Origin: an uncultured Flavobacteriaceae bacterium
GTDB taxonomy: Bacteria > Bacteroidota > Bacteroidia > Flavobacteriales > Flavobacteriaceae
Direction: 5' to 3'
Length of the DNA: 64,000 nucleotides
Assembly (NCBI GenBank): GCA_937890575.1
Contig: CALADZ010000098.1
Location: 5,594 to 69,593 of the forward strand
Notes under the pieces: model-generated
Told to the model about the DNA's origin: nothing
The model's database searches: none
Seen by the model: the letters and a program-made list of their open reading frames with translations, nothing else
Position numbers and translations under genes: made by a program
Shown: piece after piece, positions 58,206 through 64,000 of the stretch
How positions within the stretch are numbered: position 1 is the stretch's first letter
How the letters are laid out: every line of letters starts with the position of its first letter

Positions 58206-59052
58206 GCTACTGCATATTGAATGGATCAAATTGTGGAATAACCGCTGGAGCAAGCTACTGCTGTTCGGTTATTTATTTTTGCTCACCAGCATAGCCTTAA
58301 TTGCCGCCATACGATTTGACATAGGACCTGTCAAATTTCACCTAGCCGATCAAGGGATCTTTAACTTTCCATACATATGGCACTTTAATACCTTTATTGC
58401 AGCTTGGATGAAACTTTTTTTAGCCATCATAATTGTATCCATGACGGCCAATGAGTACAGCTATAAAACCATCAAACAAAACTTGATCGATGGATTGTCA
58501 CATGCCGATTTTCTAAAAACTAAAGTGTATATGGTCCTGGCATTAGCGTTGGCCTCTACCCTATTAATCGCGCTGATGTCCGGTATTTTAGGGGGCGTGT
58601 TTTCTGACTATACAACCCCTTCACTAGTTTTTCAAGACATATCCTTTTTGGCCGCCTATTTTGTCAAGTTAGTCACTTTTTTCAGTTTTTGTCTGTTTGC
58701 AGGTGTGTTGGTGAAACGATCCGCATTTGCCCTGGGTTTTATAGTGATTTGGCAGATTTTTGAAGGAATTCTCACGGGACTCCTATATTGGAAAGCTTTT
58801 AAAAACGATACAGCCATTGTAGCTGCTGAAACCGCAGAACAAATCACCAGTTTCTTTCCGTTGGTGAGCATGTACTCCCTGATCAAACAACCATTTACCC
58901 GACTAAATGGGATCCAAACTGTAGCCAAGCAAGTGGGTGAAACTTTCGAAAATGCCTACCAAACAACAGCTATGGAATATATCGTAGCACTGTTTTGGGC
59001 CGGATTATTTATTTGGGGCACGCATCAATTGTTGAAAAGAAGAGATTTGTAG
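58198..59052 (+). CDS. ABC-2 family transporter permease
   Basis: 284 aa with 6 hydrophobic segments. Has an 8-nt overlap with the ATPase gene. Confidence 0.75.
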   Translation: MIRLLHIEWIKLWNNRWSKLLLFGYLFLLTSIALIAAIRFDIGPVKFHLADQGIFNFPYIWHFNTFIAAWMKLFLAIIIVSMTANEYSYKTIKQNLIDGLSHADFLKTKVYMVLALALASTLLIALMSGILGGVFSDYTTPSLVFQDISFLAAYFVKLVTFFSFCLFAGVLVKRSAFALGFIVIWQIFEGILTGLLYWKAFKNDTAIVAAETAEQITSFFPLVSMYSLIKQPFTRLNGIQTVAKQVGETFENAYQTTAMEYIVALFWAGLFIWGTHQLLKRRDL

Positions 59053-59094
59053 GATTCACCGGTAACAATCAAGGAGAAGCTCAGGTCGCTTTTG

Positions 59095-59102
59095 TATTTT
59101 TG
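59095..59102 (+). promoter_or_regulatory. putative -7 box (TATTTTTG) for uvrB
   Basis: Exact TAnnTTTG, 4 nt before ATG 59107. Confidence 0.45.
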
Positions 59103-59106
59103 CGGC

Positions 59107-61107
59107 ATGAAATTTCAAGTAGTTGCTCCATTTGTTCCTACTGGTGACCAACCACAAGCCATCGATCAATTGGTCAAGGGGCTACATAGTGGGGAAGCTC
59201 ACCAGACTCTGCTTGGTGTAACAGGTTCAGGGAAAACTTTTACCATTGCCCATGTAATCGATCGGGTACAGCGTCCTACATTGGTATTGGCACATAACAA
59301 AACGCTTGCTGCGCAGCTGTATGCAGAATTCAAACAGTTCTTTCCCAACAACGCTGTAGAGTATTTCGTGTCCTATTACGACTACTATCAGCCTGAGGCT
59401 TATATTCCGACGACAGGGGTCTATATCGAGAAGGATTTATCCATCAATGAGGACATCGAAAAGATGCGTTTAAGCACCACATCTTCTTTGCTTTCAGGAA
59501 GAAGAGATGTATTGGTCGTCGCTTCGGTTTCTTGTCTATACGGGATCGGAAATCCGCATGAATTCAAAAAGAATTTGATTGAATTGGAAAAAGGACAAAG
59601 GATATCCAGAACTGCCCTGATGCATAAAATGGTACAAAGTCTGTATGCGCGAACAACTGAAGGACTGACGCATGGACATTTTCGCATCCAAGGGGATGTT
59701 TTAGATGTATTTCCCTCCTATACAGATCACGCTTTTCGGATCCATTTTTTTGGTGATGAAATCGATGCCCTAGAGGTCATCGATCCACTGCACCAAACTA
59801 TTCTGTCACAAGAAGAACAACTGCGCCTTTACCCAGCCAACCTCTTTGTTACCTCACCCGAGATATTACAAAATGCCATACACCAAATTCAAGAGGATAT
59901 GGTGAAACAAGTAGCCTATTTCAATGAGATAGGAAGACCTCTGGAGGCAAAAAGAATCCATGAACGAACAGAGTTTGATTTAGAGATGATTCGAGAACTT
60001 GGTTACTGTTCAGGAATTGAAAACTACTCTAGATATTTAGACGGAAGAAATCCTGGCACCAGACCATTTTGTTTATTGGACTACTTCCCAGATGATTTTC
60101 TCACAGTGATCGATGAAAGTCACGTCACCTTGCCCCAAGTACACGCCATGTATGGAGGAGACCGGTCACGAAAAGAGAATTTGGTTGAATACGGATTTCG
60201 ACTTCCTGCAGCCCTGGACAATCGACCATTAAAGTTTGAAGAGTTTGAGGCGTTGCAAAATCAAATCATCTATGTCAGCGCTACCCCTGCAGACTATGAG
60301 TTACAGCAATCACAGGGTGTTTATGTAGAACAAATCATACGACCAACAGGACTTTTAGATCCTGTGATCGAAGTGAGGCCTTCTGCGGGGCAAATCGATG
60401 ATTTGATGGAAGAAATCCAACTCAGGGTAGAAAAAGATGAGCGGACTTTGGTCACCACCCTAACCAAAAGAATGGCAGAGGAATTAACCAAATACCTGAC
60501 CCGATTTTCCATCCGCTGTAGGTATATCCACAGTGATGTAGACACCCTAGAACGGGTTGAAATCATGCAGGATCTAAGAAAAGGTATTTTTGATGTACTG
60601 ATTGGGGTTAACCTGCTTCGCGAAGGGTTAGATCTACCTGAGGTTTCTTTGGTGGCCATTATTGATGCGGATAAAGAAGGATTTTTGCGCTCAGATCGAT
60701 CGCTGATTCAAACTGTAGGTCGTGCAGCGAGAAACCTAAACGGTAAGGCCATCATGTACGCAGATAAAATCACGGGGAGTATGCAACGCACGATAGACCA
60801 AACAGACTACCGAAGAGCCAAGCAGCATCAATACAACGTAGATCATGGCATAACTCCTACGTCACTGAACAAGGGTTTAAACCACAGTTTGGCTAAAAAT
60901 TCAGTCTCCACCTATCATTTTGAGAAAAAAACAATACGAGCACAAGAACCTGAAGGTGCTTTTGTGACTAAAGCCCATTTGGAGAAAAAAATAAAAGAAA
61001 CGCGTAAAGCGATGGAAAAGGCAGCAAAAAATCTAGACTTTATCGAAGCTGCTGCTTATCGCGATGAAATTGAACAATTAAAAGAACTGATAAAAAATAA
61101 GGGATGA
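59107..61107 (+). CDS. uvrB: excinuclease ABC subunit B
   Basis: GVTGSGKTFT, helicase motifs and a C-terminal UVR motif FIEAAAYRDEIEQLK. ATG 59107. Confidence 0.97.
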   Translation: MKFQVVAPFVPTGDQPQAIDQLVKGLHSGEAHQTLLGVTGSGKTFTIAHVIDRVQRPTLVLAHNKTLAAQLYAEFKQFFPNNAVEYFVSYYDYYQPEAYIPTTGVYIEKDLSINEDIEKMRLSTTSSLLSGRRDVLVVASVSCLYGIGNPHEFKKNLIELEKGQRISRTALMHKMVQSLYARTTEGLTHGHFRIQGDVLDVFPSYTDHAFRIHFFGDEIDALEVIDPLHQTILSQEEQLRLYPANLFVTSPEILQNAIHQIQEDMVKQVAYFNEIGRPLEAKRIHERTEFDLEMIRELGYCSGIENYSRYLDGRNPGTRPFCLLDYFPDDFLTVIDESHVTLPQVHAMYGGDRSRKENLVEYGFRLPAALDNRPLKFEEFEALQNQIIYVSATPADYELQQSQGVYVEQIIRPTGLLDPVIEVRPSAGQIDDLMEEIQLRVEKDERTLVTTLTKRMAEELTKYLTRFSIRCRYIHSDVDTLERVEIMQDLRKGIFDVLIGVNLLREGLDLPEVSLVAIIDADKEGFLRSDRSLIQTVGRAARNLNGKAIMYADKITGSMQRTIDQTDYRRAKQHQYNVDHGITPTSLNKGLNHSLAKNSVSTYHFEKKTIRAQEPEGAFVTKAHLEKKIKETRKAMEKAAKNLDFIEAAAYRDEIEQLKELIKNKG

Positions 61108-61391
61108 ACAACAATGACATATTTAAAAAACTGAGGGTTGCCCTAAAACTCAAAGATGAGGACATCGTTGAAATCCTTAAAATGGCTGAATTCAACGTGA
61201 GCAAAAGTGAGTTAGGTGCGCTGTTTAGACAAGAAGACCACCCTAAATTTGTCGAGTGTGGGGACCAAATCTTGCGCAACTTTCTCCATGGATTAATCAT
61301 CTACCTCAGAGGATCAAAAGAAGCGCCCAAAGAACCATGGATGGCCTTAAAAGAAAAACCAGTTGCCACCAACAAAAAATCCGCCGATTAG
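61104..61391 (+). CDS. DUF1456-like small protein
   Basis: NDIFKKLRVALKLKDEDIVEILK...SKSELGALFR motif. ATGA overlap with the uvrB stop. Confidence 0.65.
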   Translation: MNNNDIFKKLRVALKLKDEDIVEILKMAEFNVSKSELGALFRQEDHPKFVECGDQILRNFLHGLIIYLRGSKEAPKEPWMALKEKPVATNKKSAD

Positions 61392-61400
61392 GCGGATTTT
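61374..61400. terminator. bidirectional terminator between the DUF1456-like gene and sucC
   Basis: ATCCGCC (61379-61385) pairs with GGCGGAT (61391-61397), loop GATTA. Has an A6 run before and a T-run after, and includes the DUF1456 stop codon. Confidence 0.7.
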
Positions 61401-61418
61401 GATTGTGTCAATAGCTTA

Positions 61419-62615
61419 CTAAGCTTGTAATACCTCTTTTACTTTATCCGCTGCTTCCTGGAACTGAACAGCCGCGTGTACCGCTAAACCTGACGCATCC
61501 AAGAGCGCTTTTGCCTCCACAGCATTGGTGCCTTGTAAGCGAACAATAATGGGCACATTAATGCTGTCACCCATATTTTTGTAGGCATCAACCACCCCTT
61601 GTGCTACACGATCGCAGCGAACAATACCACCAAAAATATTGATTAAAATAGCCTTTACCTGCTCATCTTTAAGGATGATTCTAAAAGCTTGTTCAACACG
61701 TTTAGCATCAGCAGTACCTCCTACATCTAAAAAGTTGGCTGGTGCACCACCTGCCATCTTAATCAAATCCATAGTAGCCATAGCTAGACCAGCACCATTA
61801 ACCATACAACCTACGTTTCCTTCCAAGGTCACATAATTTAGACCCACTGCTTTAGCCTCTACTTCGGTTGGATCTTCTTCGCGCTCATCTCGCCAAGAGG
61901 CATACTCAGCTCTTCTGAACAACGCATTGTCGTCTAAGGTCACTTTAGCATCTACCGCAATGATTTTATCGTCAGAAGTTTTCAGCACTGGATTGATTTC
62001 AAAAAGACTGGAATCACTCTCCACAAAAGCGCGGTATAACTTGGTGATAAATTGAGTCATCTCTTTGAAAGCTGTACCCGACAAACCAAGGTTGAAAGCA
62101 ATTTTTCTAGCTTGGAAAGGCATCAAACCTACACTTGGATCGATTTCTTCAGTAAAGATCAAATGAGGGGTGTGTTCAGCAACCGTTTCAATATCCATAC
62201 CTCCTTCGGTAGAATACATAATCATGTTGCGACCAGTAGCTCTATTGAGCAGTACAGATACATAAAATTCTGCTGTTTCACTGGCCCCTGGGTAATAAAC
62301 ATCTTCGGCTACTAGGACTTGGTGTACCTTTTTACCTGCCGCTGATGTCTGGGGAGTAACCAAATTCATGCCGATAATTTCACCTGCAATCCTTTTAACA
62401 TCCTCTAGATTTTTTGCCAACTTAACTCCACCGCCTTTACCACGTCCACCTGCATGAACTTGAGCCTTGATCACATGCCAACCTGTTCCTGTTTCTTCTG
62501 TGAGTTTTTTTGCTGCAGCTACTGCCTCATCAGGCGTTTGAGCTACTATGCCTCTTTGAATGCCTACGCCAAAACTGGCCAATATAGTTTTTCCTTGATA
62601 TTCGTGCAGATTCAT
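61419..62615 (-). CDS. sucC: succinate--CoA ligase (ADP-forming) beta subunit
   Basis: MNLHEYQGKTILASFGV N-terminus and ATP-grasp architecture. Confidence 0.97.
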   Translation of the reverse strand: MNLHEYQGKTILASFGVGIQRGIVAQTPDEAVAAAKKLTEETGTGWHVIKAQVHAGGRGKGGGVKLAKNLEDVKRIAGEIIGMNLVTPQTSAAGKKVHQVLVAEDVYYPGASETAEFYVSVLLNRATGRNMIMYSTEGGMDIETVAEHTPHLIFTEEIDPSVGLMPFQARKIAFNLGLSGTAFKEMTQFITKLYRAFVESDSSLFEINPVLKTSDDKIIAVDAKVTLDDNALFRRAEYASWRDEREEDPTEVEAKAVGLNYVTLEGNVGCMVNGAGLAMATMDLIKMAGGAPANFLDVGGTADAKRVEQAFRIILKDEQVKAILINIFGGIVRCDRVAQGVVDAYKNMGDSINVPIIVRLQGTNAVEAKALLDASGLAVHAAVQFQEAADKVKEVLQA

Positions 62616-62636
62616 GGGTATGTTTTAGATTATTGG

Positions 62637-62644
62637 CAAAAATA
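62637..62644 (-). promoter_or_regulatory. putative -7 box (TATTTTTG) for sucC
   Basis: Exact TAnnTTTG on the minus strand, 21 nt before ATG 62615. Confidence 0.45.
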
Positions 62645-62780
62645 GGAAAACCACCTGAAAACAAAGGAGAAAACTACAGGATTTGACAAGCATATGTAGT
62701 CATTGTTTGTTGCAAATAAAACAAATTGTTGTGAAATCAATATTAACGTATAGCTTCTTGCCCAAATCAAGTAGTGTCCC

Positions 62781-62788
62781 TACATTTG
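62781..62788 (+). promoter_or_regulatory. putative -7 box (TACATTTG) for lysA
   Basis: Exact TAnnTTTG, 13 nt before ATG 62802. Confidence 0.45.
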
Positions 62789-62801
62789 ACAAATTTTCTA
62801 T

Positions 62802-64000
62802 ATGACCTCAACTGACTTATTATCTGTAGCCACACAATTTGGTGCCCCTGTATACGTCTATGACGCAGAAAAAATCACTGCGCAATACAACCGCTTGAGC
62901 CAAGCATTCAGGCAAGTCCCTTCAGTTAGATTAAACTATGCGGTGAAAGCCTTAAATAACATCAGTATCCTCAGGTTGATGAATCACTTGGGATCAGGAT
63001 TAGACACTGTTTCTATTCAAGAGGTACAGCTGGGAATACAAGCTGGATTTGACCCAAAAAATATCATATTTACCCCCAATGGAGTTTCTCTGGAAGAACT
63101 TGAGCAAGCCGCTGCTTTAGGGGTGCAAATCAACATAGATAACCTGTCATTACTCGAACAATTTGGCAGCAAACACCCGCAGATCCCTGTTTGTGTGCGC
63201 ATTAACCCACACGTTCTTGCTGGTGGAAATGCCAATATCTCCGTAGGGCATATCGACTCTAAATTTGGCATTAGTATTCACCAAATACCACATATTTTGC
63301 GGATCGTGGAGCTAACTGGTATGCACATCAACGGCATCCACATGCATACGGGAAGCGATATATTGGATATTGATGTGTTTTTATATGCCTCTGAGATTTT
63401 ATTCAACACCGCAAAAAATTTCAAACAACTCGATTTCGTAGATTTTGGCAGCGGATTTAAAGTGCCCTATAAAGCAGGAGATATCGAAACCAATGTGGAA
63501 GAATTGGGTCAAAAATTGAGTGCGCGATTTAATGAATTTTGTCGTGAATACGGTCGTCCACTAACACTAGCCTTTGAGCCTGGAAAATTTCTGGTCAGCC
63601 AAGCAGGGAAATTTCTAGCCAAAGTGAATGTGGTGAAACAAACTACCTCCACCGTATTTGCCAGTGTAGATAGTGGATTTAACCATTTAATCCGCCCCAT
63701 GCTTTACGGAGCAAAACACCACATCACCAATATTTCTAACCCACAAGGCAGAGAGCGCTATTACTCCGTAGTGGGTTATATCTGTGAGACGGATACATTT
63801 GCCTCAAACACACAAATCGCTGAAATTACCGAAGGGGATATCTTGTGTTTTGACAATGCTGGGGCCTACTGCTTTACTATGGCCAGCAATTACAATTCAA
63901 GACTTCGACCTGCTGAGGTACTTTGGTATGAAGGGCAAGCTCACTTGATCAGAGCGCACGAAACATTTGAAGATTTAGTGCGCAATCAGGTTGATTTAAA
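62802..64000 (+). CDS. lysA: diaminopimelate decarboxylase (3' end at or beyond window edge)
   Basis: My translation from ATG 62802 gives MTSTDLLSVATQFGAPVYVYD..YAVKAL..GLDTVS..HMHTGS..DFGSGF..EPGKFLV..CETDTF. The frame is open to the window end. Confidence 0.9.
   Translation, partial: MTSTDLLSVATQFGAPVYVYDAEKITAQYNRLSQAFRQVPSVRLNYAVKALNNISILRLMNHLGSGLDTVSIQEVQLGIQAGFDPKNIIFTPNGVSLEELEQAAALGVQINIDNLSLLEQFGSKHPQIPVCVRINPHVLAGGNANISVGHIDSKFGISIHQIPHILRIVELTGMHINGIHMHTGSDILDIDVFLYASEILFNTAKNFKQLDFVDFGSGFKVPYKAGDIETNVEELGQKLSARFNEFCREYGRPLTLAFEPGKFLVSQAGKFLAKVNVVKQTTSTVFASVDSGFNHLIRPMLYGAKHHITNISNPQGRERYYSVVGYICETDTFASNTQIAEITEGDILCFDNAGAYCFTMASNYNSRLRPAEVLWYEGQAHLIRAHETFEDLVRNQVDL

Noticed and set aside
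57282-59052. The ABC ATPase/permease pair as gliding-motility gldA/gldF.
   Set aside because: Only generic ABC-2 motifs are visible. The permease, at 284 aa, does not obviously match GldF as I recall it, and no gldG-like gene follows. A specific name cannot be supported without a search.
62616-62801. The 186-nt gap upstream of lysA as a possible lysine riboswitch or other leader RNA.
   Set aside because: I could not find the conserved L-box helices or core sequences. The region is AT-rich with only weak 6-7 bp AT stems. A -7 box sits just 13 nt before the ATG, leaving no room for a riboswitch in the transcript. An ATTTGACAA 9-mer occurs twice (62681 and 62783), but the second copy is simply part of the -7 box.

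Overview
The window is a very gene-dense chromosomal core segment. It looks like Bacteroidota, probably Flavobacteriia-like. The lineage call is an inference from four observations: bshC is present; the DUF5606-def-ruvX and kpsF-tatC-lptB arrangements occur; Shine-Dalgarno sequences are absent; and exact TAnnTTTG '-7' boxes recur just upstream of start codons.

I support 62 CDS, the first and last truncated by the window edges. Almost all are housekeeping genes:
- Central and nucleotide metabolism: panB, lpd, aroQ, pyrG, guaA, sucC, dapD, lysA.
- Translation and RNA: mnmA, def, tsaC-like, a CCA-adding enzyme, and an RluA-family synthase.
- DNA: xerD, recQ, ruvX, uvrB.
- Secretion and envelope: secA, yidC, tatC, lptB, kpsF, pssA.
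- Redox repair: msrA, msrB, bshC.

I found no rRNA, tRNA, CRISPR array, transposase, phage gene or recognisable defence gene. The largest non-coding gaps are 21608-21762 and 62616-62801. Four clear hairpin/T-tract terminators and 19 oriented -7 boxes are listed.

I do not see a clear-cut novel multi-gene system. The candidates most worth following up are:
- A convergent envelope-glycosylation locus at 41024-45295, comprising GT2, an MprF-flippase-like protein, an ArnT-like GT-C, a PAP2 phosphatase and an acidic mini-protein.
- An orphan 359-aa protein at 56154-57233 with protein-kinase-like catalytic motifs.
- A methyltransferase-like ORF at 33170-33610 whose SAM-binding core seems to be missing.
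- A PLP-dependent decarboxylase starting 2 nt after bshC (18618-21607).
- Several unusual gene overlaps and intergenic repeats or hairpins.

All functional calls come from reading motifs by eye. No searches were run.
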